Counted from the stretch's first letter, positions 12,871 to 25,777 are shown. The stretch is DNA of 64,000 nt from Octopus vulgaris (GCA_951406725.2 OX597826.1:78926001-78990000); one strand, 5' to 3'. Notes: a model not told the origin generated them from the letters alone. Numbers and translations: made by a program.

Positions 12871-13009
12871 GAAAATAAAAATAAAAATAAGAAATAAGTG
12901 GAAATTTTACCGGTGAGTGTGTTAAATTAAAAATTATAATGGGACTGAACCCAGAGCCATGTGCTTGGGAAGCAAACTTCTTACCACGCAGCCATGTCTG
13001 TGCCTATGA

Positions 13010-13011
13010 TA

Positions 13012-13108
<97 letters not shown>

Positions 13109-13114
13109 GTAGAG

Positions 13115-13176
<62 letters not shown>

Positions 13177-13290
13177 GTAGGTAGGTAAGTAAGTAGAGAG
13201 ATAGATAGATAGCTAGCTAGCTAAATAGATATATAGATGGATAGATAGATGGATAGATAGATAGATAGATAGACAGAGAGACAGACACAC
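13010..13290. repeat. Compound (TG)n/(TA)n/(GATA)n microsatellite
   Basis: Direct reading. Confidence 0.95.
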
Positions 13291-14083
13291 ATACATACAA
13301 AACAGGTGGGATGGTCATGGTTAGAACACCTTTGATTATAGATCAGCTCAGTCAAAGCTGATTTGGGCCAAGACAACAACTCCTCTTATTTAGTGAGTCT
13401 AAAAATGTCTGAGAGCCCAACCCTTCTTAATCAAGCTAATCTATCAAAAAAGAAAAACAAATGAGATAAGGGTCAGGTAAAAGTAAAGTGTTTCCTAACT
13501 TATGGTTGCCTCTTCCTCCTCCATCTCTCCCCCACCACCTCTTCTGCTTAGTTTGTTGCTCGTTAATCTGAGGTAGGTGGGTACTGGTGCTACTCCCCCC
13601 CCCCCCGCCCGTATCTTTTTCCATGGCTTTGCTAGACGGGGGAGAGGGGAATGGACGGGGACAGAGTGGGAATAATGAGATTAATGTTCGTTTGTAATTG
13701 TTATACGTTTGCGGTTGAGGCAGGATGTTCTGGAGGAGAAGAAGAAGAAAAGCGTTCAGGATGGAGAGTGGAGGAGAGAAAGAAATATGGTGAAGGAGGT
13801 GGATGCAGAGGAGAGGTAAGAGGTAATGTGGTAACAGAGTCAGCAGGTTCAGATAAGCAAAGACCGTGTTAGAAGCAGTAGCGGAGGGAGAGAAAGAACA
13901 AAACTCTATTTTTACTGTAGCAGACTTTATGCTCCTGTCTTGGTTGATATGTACTACAGCTGGTAGTTACCTGAGAGCATTGCTGGTTCCTCTGTAAGAG
14001 CCACAGAAATAATTAAATTACCGAGGAAACAAAAATCAAAGCCTGAGGGAGGTGATGAATGTAAAATTTCAGAACCATAAATT

Positions 14084-14343
14084 AGTTCTATATTTAAGAG
14101 ATGCGGAATTATTTACATTATTTACATTTGACAGATATTTGTCCTCATCTTGTTTGTTGTTAGACACAATGTTTATAAACCCTAAAATTAACTCCATAAT
14201 TGTCCACGGGCATATGGCGTAGTGATTAAGAGTGTGGGCTACTAAACCCAAGATTCTGAGTTCAACTCCAGTTCAGTGACCTGAACAATAATAATAACAT
14301 CAAAAAAAATACCCAGGTTCAAAATTTCCCCAGGACACCTGAT
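14084..14343. mobile_element. Rearranged copy of the tRNA-head/hammerhead element (tail on minus 14084-14174, head on plus 14208-14343)
   Basis: Both parts match 21462-21868 and both stop inside the hammerhead core. Confidence 0.8.
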
Positions 14344-14686
14344 CAACCCCACGACTTATTCTTTATAAGCCTGGTACTTATTCTGTCAGTCTCTTTTGCC
14401 AAACCACTAGGTTACGGGGATATAAACACACCAACATCGGTTGTCAAATGACGGTGGGGGGACAAACACAGACACACAAATACATACATAATACATATAT
14501 ATATATATATATATACATATACATGGTGGGCTTCTTTCAGTTTCCTTCTACCAAATCTACTCACAAGGCTTTGGTCAAGCCAAGGCTATAGTAGAAGGCA
14601 CTTGCCCAAGGTGCCACACAGTGGGACTGAACCCGGGACCAAGTGGTTGGTAAGCAAGCTACTTAGCACACAGCCATGCCTGCACC
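14344..14686 (-). mobile_element. SINE family A copy
   Basis: Reverse complement of 6533-6952 type. Confidence 0.85.
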
Positions 14687-14949
14687 TGTTTATGTATATT
14701 ATTATTATTATTATTATTATTATTTTGCTTAGACATAGCAATACTAATAATTAGAATTTGATATATGTATGCCTCAGAAAAAAGCGTCTGTTGAGTAGAG
14801 AGCAGTAACAGGAAATGACAAAGGAACGAGAAATCATGCCAAAAGCTTCATCAGCTCACAGCTGTTTCTATTGTAAGATGCAAGGCACTCATTGTTGAGT
14901 ACAATTAACCATCATTATTGACAACACGTGGTCAACCAGTGAAAGTGTA

Positions 14950-15240
14950 CCTTAGCCAGAGACTTGGGAGACACTTGCTGCCGACTGCTCATCCTGGCAC
15001 AGCGCAATCACCACAGGAGCAAAGACAGCCGAGGAGAGACGGATTCAGTCAGCAGAACAGAAACGCCAGATGCGGAAAGCCAGAGCCACCTGCACCAATA
15101 GCACAGCCCCTACCCACTTCTGCCCCACCTTTTGGAGGGGCTCTCTTGCCCGGATAGGCCTCACCAGCCACCTCCGGTCTCATAGCAGTAATTCCACCAA
15201 ATGATGTCAATGGTCATCTTTGAACCCGAAGGACGAACAT
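14950..15240 (+). mobile_element. RTE LINE C-terminus and 3' UTR
   Basis: WETLAADCSSWHSAI...QKRQMRK...FCPT...RIGLTSHLRSH, a C-terminal zinc-finger remnant typical of RTE ORFs. Confidence 0.85.
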
Positions 15241-15511
15241 TACCTTGGCCAGTAGATTCGCAAACTACTCAGCACTGACCCTTGGATGTTCCCTCGTGTA
15301 TTTTCCTGATAACACTGGAATCCAGAGGGAAGCTGTTTCCCACACCAGAGCATATTTTTTGTATGTCATGGCATGTTGCATCCTTGAGCAAGACACTTTA
15401 TTTCACTTTGTTGCTCCAGTCCACTCAGCTGACATAAATGACTTGTACCAGTAATTCAAAAGGGGCCAACCTTGTCAGTGTCACACTGAATCTCCCTGAC
15501 AACTACATTAA

Positions 15512-16213
15512 CCCTTTATCATTCAAATTACCCTGTGTCAAACATAATGCTTATTTATTCACATCATCATCATCATCGGTTAACGTCCGCTTTCCATGCT
15601 AGCATGGGTTGGACGATTGACTGAGGGCTGGTGAACCAGATGACTGCACCAGGCTTCAATCTTGATCTGGCAGAGTTTCTACAGCTGGATGCCCTTCCTA
15701 ACACCAACCACTCGGAGAGTGTAGTGGGTGCTTTTACATGCCACCGGTACGGGGCCAGTCAAGCAGTACTGGCAATGACCTCACTCGAATCTTTTACACA
15801 TGCCACCAGCACAGGTGCCAGTAAGGCGATGCAGGTAATGATCATGCTCGAATGGTGCCTTTTAAGTGCCACCGGCACGGAGGCCAGATAGCCGCTCTGG
15901 CAATGATCACGCTCGGATGGTGCTCTTAATACCCTACTAGCACGGGGCTCGAGTGCCAGTAAGGCAACGCTGGTAATGATCACGCTCGAATGGTGCCTTT
16001 TAAGTGCCACCGGCACAGAGGCCAGTTAGCAGATCCAGCAACGATCACGCTCGTAGACATGCTTTATCTTGTAGCTTTGAGATTTCGATGAGGCAATTAT
16101 TTATTTTTAAGAATGACATTATAGGCTCGGTGCAAGAGGCCGGATCTGGTCAATCTGAACATAAAGCAAGTAGAATATCTTGGCTGGATATGGCCAGTTT
16201 AAATGCTAAGGGG
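15512..16213. mobile_element. piggyBac-type MITE with nested (GAT)n-tailed retroposon (about 15563-16053), itself inserted in a SINE
   Basis: TTAA|CCC...GGG|TTAA ends; removing it restores the SINE sequence aactacattaagggtac. Confidence 0.8.
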
Positions 16214-16334
16214 TTAAGGGTACGTGTGTCTGTGGAGGGCTCAGCAACATGCATGTTAATTTCATGAGCAGGCTGATTGATTGATCGAATCAGCTGGAAC
16301 ACCATCATCGTCGTAACTGACGGAATGCCAGCTC

Positions 16335-16381
<47 letters not shown>

Positions 16382-17179
16382 CTGATTGTTGAAAAAGTTC
16401 ATTGCTTTTTTATTTCGAGTGTGTAATTCCAGAGTTAAACAAAACCAGCAAAAACCAAATATTGTAAATGAAGAAGAAGAAGAACAATAACAGAAAGAAA
16501 GAAAGAAAGAAAGACTAGAAAACATAAATACAAACGTACACACATACACACACATGCATACACACACATAAACACACACACACACACACATCACACATAC
16601 ACACACATACACACACACACATACACACATCACACAGACACACACATGCATACACACACATACACACACACATACATACATACTTACATACAATCGTGTG
16701 TGTGTATGTATGTGTATGCATGTGTGTGTGTGTGTGTGTGTGCGTGTTTATGTGTGTGTGTGTTTAACTATCTCCTCCATCCTTCCTGTCCTGTTTTTTT
16801 TTTCTTTTCTTGCTGTTGTTGTTGTCGTTGTTGTTGTAAATGTTATTCAACAGTATAGTTGTTCTTCTTCTTCTTATTGCTGTTGTTCTTACAATTGTTG
16901 TTGTTGTTGTTGTTGTACCCTGGAAACATATACTCAAAACAACAAATAAATATACGTTTTTTTTTTTTTTACCAATTTCTCCCCAAATTAATGATGTTCC
17001 ACTCACTGGTTCAACACAAAACCTTGTTTGTTTGTTCAGTTATTTTTGGTTAAGTAATGGAGATTTTGGTGAGTGGAAGCAAGAGAAGAATACGGAATGG
17101 TAAATCTGCAGCTCAGTTTCAATTACCAGTAATATCTCTTTCATTCCACTCACAGAAGCAGTCATTGTTGTTGTGGTGC

Positions 17180-17982
17180 TTGTTGTTGTGGTTGGTTTTT
17201 TAGCCACATGTCAGCTTCTATGCAAAAAGACTATGAGGAAAGAAATCCTAACAGAGGTGATGGTCATGGTAAGAATGTTGTTGTGGTTGGTTTTTTAGCC
17301 ACATGTCAGTTTCTATGCAAAAAGACTATGAAGAAAGAAATTCTAACAGAGGTGATGGTCATGGTAAGAATGTTGTTGTTGTTGTTGTTGTGTTGTTTTT
17401 AGCCACATGTCAGTTTCTATGCAAAAAGACTATGAGGAAAGAAATTCTAACAGAGGTGATGGTCATGGTAAGAATGTTGTTGTGGTTGTTTTTTAGCCAC
17501 ATGTCAGTTTCTATGCAAAATTACTATGAAGAAAGAAATTCTAACAGAGGTGATGGTCATGGTAAGAATGTTGTTGTGGTTGCTTTTTAGCCACATGTCA
17601 GTTTCTATGCAAAAAGACTATGAGGAAAGAAATTCTAACAGAGGTGATGGTCATGGTAAGAATGTTGTTGTTGTTGTTGTTGTGTTGTTTTTTAGCCACA
17701 TGTCAGTTTCTATGCAAAAAGACTATGAGGAAAGAAATTCTAACAGAGGTGATGGTCATGGTAAGAATGTTGTTGTGGTTGTTTTTTAGCCACATGTCAG
17801 TTTCTATGCAAAATTACTATGAAGAAAGAAATTCTAACAGAGGTGATGGTCATGGTAAGAATGTTGTTGTGGTTGCTTTTTAGCCACATGTCAGTTTCTA
17901 TGCAAAAAGACTATGAGGAAAGAAATCCTAACAGAGGTGATGGTCATGGTAAGAATGTTGTTGTTGTTGTTGTGTTGTTTAG
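17180..17982 (+). repeat. Tandem array, 8 units of 94-105 bp, with a 293-bp higher-order period
   Basis: Unit cores start at 17204, 17299, 17403, 17497, 17591, 17696, 17790 and 17884. Confidence 0.97.
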
Positions 17983-19204
17983 CTCCAAAACAGCCTTACA
18001 GTCAAAGACGTTCTACTCGTGACCACCATGTCTCGCAGGAACAAATTATCCAGTGTGTCCATTTTTGAAATGGTAGAGTATGTTTTGAGGGTGATTTAGC
18101 AGCTATTTTTTGCAGAACACGTGTAACCTTTTCACATTTAAACCGACCAAAACTGACCCAAATGTTCCAGCTCTTTTATGTTCAATCAGCCTGAGCTGGT
18201 CTCTCATACCTTCTCTACAATGTCATTCTAAAAATTAGCAACCACATCATCGAAATCTCAGAGCCATGAGAAAATGAATGATTAATTCAAAGCAATTTGA
18301 ATCAACAAATATTACATTTGAACGCAAAAGGGTCAAACAAGGTCATTGCACAAACCATTAGTCCTCATCAAGGACGACTAGATGATCCTTGTTGCTCCAA
18401 GGGATGAATATGACTCATCGTCATCAACATCATCGTTTAACATCCACCTTCCATGCTGGCATGAGTTGGACGGTTTGACAGGAGCCTGCACCAGACGTCA
18501 GTGTCTGTTTTAGCAGAGTTTTTACAGCTGGATGCCCTTCCTAACATCAACCACCCTGCAGAGTGGACTGAGTGCTTTTACATCGCACAAGCACAGGCAA
18601 GGTCAGTTTTGGCAAGGTTTTTATAGCTGGATGCCTCTCCGAACACCAACAACTTTACAATGTGGACTGGATGCTTTTTAAGTAGCATCAGCCCTGGTGT
18701 ATTTTTTATTTCATATTTCTTTCTATATTTATATATAGCTTAATGGGAAAATTTGTATAAACATAAACTGCTCATTATGAAAACAGCAGCACCAAAGACG
18801 AAATGGCTCCATATCCTGAAGATGAGGCTGAGACAGTTGGGAAATGTTGATGAGTTTTGGAAATTTTATTGTTCCAGACAAACTTTAAGGTAAAAATTCA
18901 GGCTGTTGTGAATATTCAAATGGTAAGCCTTGCATGCATTATTCTTGGTGATTGTAGGAGTGCTCCTACGGCTAATGAAGGTGTTGGTGGAGGTGGTAAT
19001 GGTGGTGGTGGTAGTGGTGTTTTAGGAATTTGGTGCATACCTTAGAAAAGATCTGAGTCAGGTGAATTAGCACTGGTGACTAATTGATCTCCTAATGAGT
19101 GACACATATGCACATATACACACACACATACACTTAGACTCACACACCTAATACACATACCATGTATCGCTTTCTCTTTCTCTCTAACTCATATTCATAT
19201 ATAT

Positions 19205-19258
<54 letters not shown>

Positions 19259-19674
19259 GTATATATTACATACATGTGTGTATACATACAACATACATTC
19301 CCACATGCAAGCAGGCACAGGTATGTACATACACACGCACATATACACTCACACAAACTTTTGGCTACATTAAGCTTAACTTAATGCTTCATCACTGGAA
19401 AACCACAATTTTTACTTAGCTGCATGCTTCAGAGTTAGACTCATGTGTGTGTAAGTGTGCATGCATACGTATGTAGATGTATGTATGTATATGTGTATAT
19501 GTGTGTATATGAGTGTATGCGTAAAGTACAGCAGTGAACTCAAATGAGAAAGTCTAATGTTGTGAAAATATGCATTTGCTTTTCTTTATTTGTGCAGATA
19601 CATTAGGCATTTATGTATCCTCCTCCTCCTCATCATCCTCATCATTATCATCATCATCAGCAGCAGCAGCAAGA

Positions 19675-20046
19675 GGAGGTGCAATGGCTCAGTGGTTAGG
19701 GCAGCGGACTCACGGTCAGAGGATCACAGTTTCGATTCCCAGACCGTGCGTTGTGTGTGTTTATTGAGCGAAAACACCTAAAGCTCCACGAGGCTCCGGC
19801 AGGGGGTGGTGGCGACCCCTGTTGTACTCTTTCGCCCCAACGTTCTCTCACTCTTTCTTCCTGTTTCTTGTCCCCCGACTCCCTACGCAACCGCTGAGCC
19901 TGGATGCGCATTCATCCATCCGTCGATGCTCTCGGTGTCGGGGGTTGACCTGCTTTCTCTTCTGCGGGTCTTACGAATAGCAAAGGACCACGTTTCGGAC
20001 TTCTCCCGTCTTGCGAGCTCTCGGACGAAGACCGTTCGCTCAACAG
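19675..20046 (+). mobile_element. SINE family C head with a different, CpG-rich 3' module
   Basis: First ~190 bp match 1500-1691 (minus), then diverge. Confidence 0.8.
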
Positions 20047-21461
20047 CATCATCATCATCATCATCATCATCCCTATTTAACGTCCATTTTCCATGCTGAC
20101 GTAGCTGTGATGGTTCGTGAGGAGCTGGAAAACCAGAGAGATGCACCATGTTTCATTTGTCTATTTTGGAATGGTTTCTACAACTGGGTACCCTTCCTAA
20201 TGCCAACCACTTTACAGAGTGTACTGGGCGCTTTTTTTTACACGGTACCAGTACAAGTACTTAATCACACACACGCACATTTATACATATACCATATAAA
20301 AACATATATATGTATTTATGCATATCATAATCATGATTATTTAGTGTCCATGTTCCGTGCTAGTATGGGTCGGACAGTTTGACAATTTCTGATGTGTCCA
20401 AGGACTACATCATGCTCCAGGGCCTGCTTTAGCATGGCTTCTACAGCTGGATGACCTTCCCAATGCCAATAAGTGGCGAGCTGGCTGAAATGTTAGCAAG
20501 CCAAGCAAAATGCTTAGCAGTATTTCGTCTGCCGTTACATTCTGAGTTTAAATTCTGCTGAGGTCGACTTTGCCTTTCATCCTTTCGGAGTCGATAAATT
20601 AAGTACCAGTTGTTTCAGGGCAACTAAATCTTTGTGAGTGGATTTGCACTACAGGATCTGAAAGAAGCCCAACATAAATACACATACACACGCACACGTA
20701 ATGGTAAGGTACCAAGTTGGGTTGAAAAGTGAAATGTGCACACAACATAAATAGAGGAATACATATTTAGGTTATCAACATGAAGCAAAGCCTTCTTCAG
20801 AGAAGAATTTAGATAATTAAAAACAGAAGAGACATATGTGTACACACACACACATCATCATCATCATCACGGGAGGCGGTATTTGGAGGAGATTGGATGA
20901 GGTGCCCATTTGTGCATATACACACACATGGTGCTTCCAGAAGTTAGTTTTACAGAGGTGGGCAGGTCTTCTCCACCAAATAACTCAGTCCTTTGCTATC
21001 TTCTCCATCAAACATTTTTCTTTTTGCATTGTAAGAGGGTCTCCATCTTTATCATCATCATCATCATTTAACATCCATTTTTCCTGCTGGCATGGGTTGG
21101 ACAATTTGACAACAGCTGACCTGATTCTAATTGTCTGTGGTGGTATGGTTACTATGGCCGAATGCCTTTCCCTTCACCAACCACTTTAGGGTGTGCTGGG
21201 TGCCTTTTACATGGCACCAGCTCAAGTGCATTCCATGTGGCACCGGCATGCTTCAACCAAACTACAATGCTTTTCTAACTTTAGATAATTTCTGGGTTTT
21301 CTCCCCAACTAAGACCAAAAGTTAAGACAGACCAGCATGTAGCTTTAACCCAAAACATTTAGTTAAGTGTTTTGGTCAATTTATCAAAAATAAATAAATT
21401 AATAAATTAAAATTAAAAAATTCACCAGGAAGGAAAAAAAAATACACTTTTACACTTATAC

Positions 21462-21671
21462 AGTTCCTTATTTAAGAGATGAGGAATTATGTACATTATT
21501 TATATTTGACGGATATTTGTCCTCATCTTGTTTGTTGTTAACACAACATTTCGGCTGATATACCTTCTAGCCTTCATCAGGTGTCATGGGGAAATTTCAA
21601 ACCTGGATTCTCATTCCTAGGGTATTTTTCGATGCTATTATTGTTGTTGTTGCTATTATTGTTGTTGTTGC

Positions 21672-21740
<69 letters not shown>

Positions 21741-21868
21741 GCCGTCCAACCCATGCTAGCATGGAAAGCGGACGTTAAACGATGATGATGATTCAGGTCA
21801 CTGCTTGGAATCGAACATGGAATCTTAGGGTAAGCAGCCCGCACTCTTAACCACTATGCCATATGCCC
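21462..21868 (-). mobile_element. tRNA-headed SINE-like element carrying a hammerhead motif
   Basis: Head with A box TGGCATAGTGG, B box GTTCGATTCC and anticodon loop ctGCTta; (AAT)n spacer; hammerhead; second partial copy at 14084-14343. Confidence 0.85.
21541..21584 (-). ncRNA. Minimal type-I hammerhead ribozyme motif
   Basis: acac CTGATGA a ggct-agaaggtatatc-agcc GAAA tgt t gtgt; helix I acac/gtgt, helix II ggct/agcc. Confidence 0.75.
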
Positions 21869-22053
21869 ATTGAGAAGTAGGGATGTGATCCACAGAGGAC
21901 CAGCTTCATTTTGATGTATGATACATGTTCTTGTGTTGGTAGTTATACCTGTCCTAAACAAAATGGCATTACTTTTTGACTCACCCTCATACATACATAT
22001 GCATGTGTATGTATGTATGTATGTATGTATGTATGTATGTATGTATGTTTGTA

Positions 22054-22101
<48 letters not shown>

Positions 22102-22149
22102 TGTCCCTTTGTCTTCATGTTGTTTGATAAGCTGTGAGTGTGTGACCTG

Positions 22150-22432
22150 TGATTAGGTTTCTAATTTTAGCTGGGGCATTATCGGAATGTTTATGGGTAT
22201 AAATAGTTTCCCCATTTATTTTTTTATTTATTTTTTTTTTGTAGAGATAGCATTGACCTGTCTTGAGGTATCGGGTAACATCCAAAAAGCTGACCTTGGT
22301 TCAACTTGGTGTAAATAGTTATTCTCAGACCAAATTCTTTGAAGATATTTCTAAGATTCTTCATGCACCTACCCATGGGGTGGCCTTTCATATTACTCGA
22401 AGTTCTTGGGCCTTCGTTCTTGTACACGGTTG
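22150..22432 (-). mobile_element. Penelope-like element reverse transcriptase relic
   Basis: YKNEG (decayed YRDDG)...KNLRNIFKEFGLRITI / VSFLDVTRYLKTGQCYLYKK / IYTHKHSDNAPAKIRNL; frameshifted; matches the PLE RT C-terminus FLDV...YxKP...YIH..SNHP. Confidence 0.85.
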
Positions 22433-22464
22433 AATTATGTGGGTATTTCTTATCTTGTATCTTT

Positions 22465-22886
22465 TATGTCTTTCAGCTATCAGACTGCGACCATGCTGGA
22501 GCAACACCCGGAATCTTTTAGTTGAATGAATCAACTTCGGGACTTTTTTTAAAAGCTTAGTCCTTATTCTATTGGTCTCTTTTGCTGAACTGCTAAGTTA
22601 CAGGGACATAAACACACCTACACCAGTTGTCAAGTGGTGGTGGTGGTGGTGGTGGGGGACAAACACAGACACAGAAACACATGCACACACACACACACAC
22701 ACACACATATACTCATGTATAATGATGGGCTGCTTTCAGTTTCTGTCTACCAAATCCACCCGCAAGGCTTTCGTTGGCTCAAGGCTTATAGTAGAAGACA
22801 CTTGCCTAAGGTGCCATGCAGTGGGGCTGAACCTAGAACCAAGTGGTTTGGAAACAAGTTTCTTACCACACAGCCATGCCTGTGCC
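22465..22886 (-). mobile_element. SINE family A copy
   Basis: Similarity to other copies in window. Confidence 0.85.
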
Positions 22887-22904
22887 TATATATATATATA
22901 TAAG

Positions 22905-23129
22905 GTGTCGAGCTGGCAGAGACGTTAGCGTGCAGGGTGAAATGCTTAGCGGTATTTCATCTGTCGTTACGTTCTGAGTTCAAATTCCACTGATGTCGAC
23001 TTTACCTTTCATCCTTTCGGGGTCGATTAAATAAATACCAGTTACGCACTGGGGTCGATGTAATCGACTTAATCCGTTTGTCTGTCTTTGTTTGTCCCCT
23101 CTATGTTTAGCCCCTTGTGGGCAATAAAG

Positions 23130-23132
<3 letters not shown>
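22905..23132 (+). mobile_element. SINE family B copy
   Basis: gagctggcagagacgttagc...gagttcaaattcc...caataaagaaata. Confidence 0.85.
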
Positions 23133-23174
<42 letters not shown>

Positions 23175-23253
23175 TATAAAACAATACTGGGGGGATAAGA
23201 AACGGAACGAAGCGATGAATCGAAACGAACCCGATGCGAAGCACTGTCAGACA

Positions 23254-23470
23254 ATAGTGTAATAAATAAAATATATGCATACATACATATATGTACGTAC
23301 CTACATATACATGTATATATACATGCATATATGAATATATATACGTGAGTAGAGGACACCACAACTAGACGTAGAACTCAACGAGAAACATGCATGTATA
23401 TATATACATGTAGATGTAGGTACGTACATATATGTTTGTATGTATGCATATATTTTATTTATTACACTAT
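23254..23470. repeat. Foldback element with ~75-80 bp imperfect arms
   Basis: atagtgtaataaataaaatatatgcatacatac... / ...gtatgtatgcatatattttatttattacactat. Confidence 0.85.
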
Positions 23471-23481
23471 ATATATATATA

Positions 23482-23895
23482 TATGAGGGGAAGTCAAAAC
23501 TTATTCACACTTTCGCCATAACATATCTTCATTATTGTCACAGCGGCTTCTGCTTATAGTTGGTACTATTGTGGTTATGTGACCAAAGTTTAAGCCTGAT
23601 TGTGCAATTTTTCTTTCTGGCTTTCACAGTGTAAGCATGGCCACTCCACTAGCAATGTGCACCAAAGAACAAAGAGCAGTGATCACCATTACCATCTCTC
23701 AGGCTTACTGAATCTTCTCGTCAGTGGTGGAGGTCGATGGACACCCTGCTCCCTCTTCATGCGTCATGCTTGTCCGGCCACTTTTAAACTTCTCTATCCA
23801 CTCATACACACTTCTATGTGGTAGTGCACTGTTCCCATATTGTGCTAAAAGTCTTTGATGAATTTCAGTCTTCTACTACAACCCAAGGACTTCTG
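23482..23895. mobile_element. Mariner relic with internal inversion
   Basis: TIR-like tatgaggggaagtcaaaa; plus MATPLAMCTKEQRAVI at 23637; minus IHQRLLAQYGNSALPHRSVYEWIEKFKSGRTS at about 23700-23865. Confidence 0.85.
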
Positions 23896-24352
23896 AGTGG
23901 ATGTAGGACATGGAAATGTTGTGTGTGTGTGTGTGTGTGTGTGTGTAGTTTTGAGATTTCCTCAATGGCTTTGAGCAAAACATTTTCACGTGTGAGGTGG
24001 AAGAAAAAATGAAATGAGGAAAAGCAAAACTAAAAGAAGGAAAAAGAAAACAACAAAGTGGAGAGAGAGAGAGTAAAGTAAGAGAAGAGGTTAAGAGAGA
24101 GTGTGTGAGGAAAGAAAGACAGATTCTGAAAGAGAAAGAGAGAGAGAGGAAGAGGAGAGAGAGAAAAAGAGGAGAGAGAGAAAGAGAGAGCAAAAGGAAA
24201 ATAAGGAAAATAAAAAAGAAAAGGTATGAAATGTGAAGTTTGATGAGAGAAGGAAAGATAGATAGATAAACAGAGGGGGAGGGTTGTGAAAATGATGGGG
24301 AAAAGTCATAGAAAGAGAAAGAAAGAACTAAGGCTGAAAAGAGAAAAAGATT

Positions 24353-24395
<43 letters not shown>

Positions 24396-24659
24396 GCAGA
24401 GAAGAAATGTAAAAGGATTTGGTAGAAAGCAGAAGATGGGAGAGAAAGTAGGGAAGGGAAGCAGTGAGAGAGAATGGGAGAAGGCAAGAAGAAAGAAGAG
24501 AAAGAGAAAAACGTAAGCTGGAAATAGCAAAGAAGGAAAGAGAGAGGTGAGAGTGGGTGGGTTTGTGTGTAGGTGGGGGGGGGTTCTTTATCAGTGAGGC
24601 CAGTCTTCTTTCTCTCCTAATCGTAGAAAATGCAACCAATACACACCATTTCTACATTA

Positions 24660-25100
<441 letters not shown>

Positions 25101-25202
25101 TACCTGGCAGCTTCTGGCTCTGGAATTGGTGATACAAGCTTAGGAATGTCAAAATGATAAGGAGGATAGAAGAAAAAGAGTCAAAGAACAACAACAGCAA
25201 CA

Positions 25203-25234
<32 letters not shown>

Positions 25235-25239
25235 AGAAG

Positions 25240-25318
<79 letters not shown>

Positions 25319-25777
25319 CTATTCTAAACCTTATAGCCCGCCCTAAAATGTGAAATCTCTGCGTACCCTTTAATTTGAAAATTGGCCGCCATCATTGTCC
25401 ATAACCTGTCTTGCTGTTTGGTTGCTATGTAAAGTATGGAAGATATATTGTAAGGGGCTTCTGGATACAACAGCAATAGTAAGGGTCACTAGATCAGTAT
25501 TTAAGTGGTTGTGGGTTTTATGTGTAGGAGGTAGTGGTGATGGTAGTAGTGGTTGTGTTGTTGTTGCCAAATTGTCTCCCATTAATCTTCCTACCACTTT
25601 AGCATAGTGCGCCGGCTGTATTTAATCATAGCACAAACACTAGAGAGGTTTCTTGTCTCCTGCAACACTAAAACATCCTCTCTGCCCAACATTGTCCATG
25701 TTTGTTCAGGGCAACCTGACTGAAATTAGGAGAGACAGAGCTATTAAAGAAAAAGAAAGTCAAAATGAGAGCATGAC

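Noticed and set aside
13915-13995. Possible pre-miRNA
   Set aside because: Pairing is weak and no known mature sequence was recognised
17180-17982. CRISPR-like appearance of the regular array
   Set aside because: Spacers are GTT microsatellite variants rather than unique sequences, there are no cas genes, and the context is eukaryotic
19985-20020. gtccGAAAcgt on minus strand as a hammerhead
   Set aside because: No CUGANGA-like core upstream of the putative helix II
21795-21868. tRNA-Ser gene
   Set aside because: Acceptor stem does not pair, the long variable arm is absent, and it is embedded in a repeat; treated as a SINE head. The same reasoning applies to the other tRNA-like heads
23195-23253. 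CTGACAG...cgaaac as a hammerhead
   Set aside because: Core elements lie on opposite strands or in the wrong order
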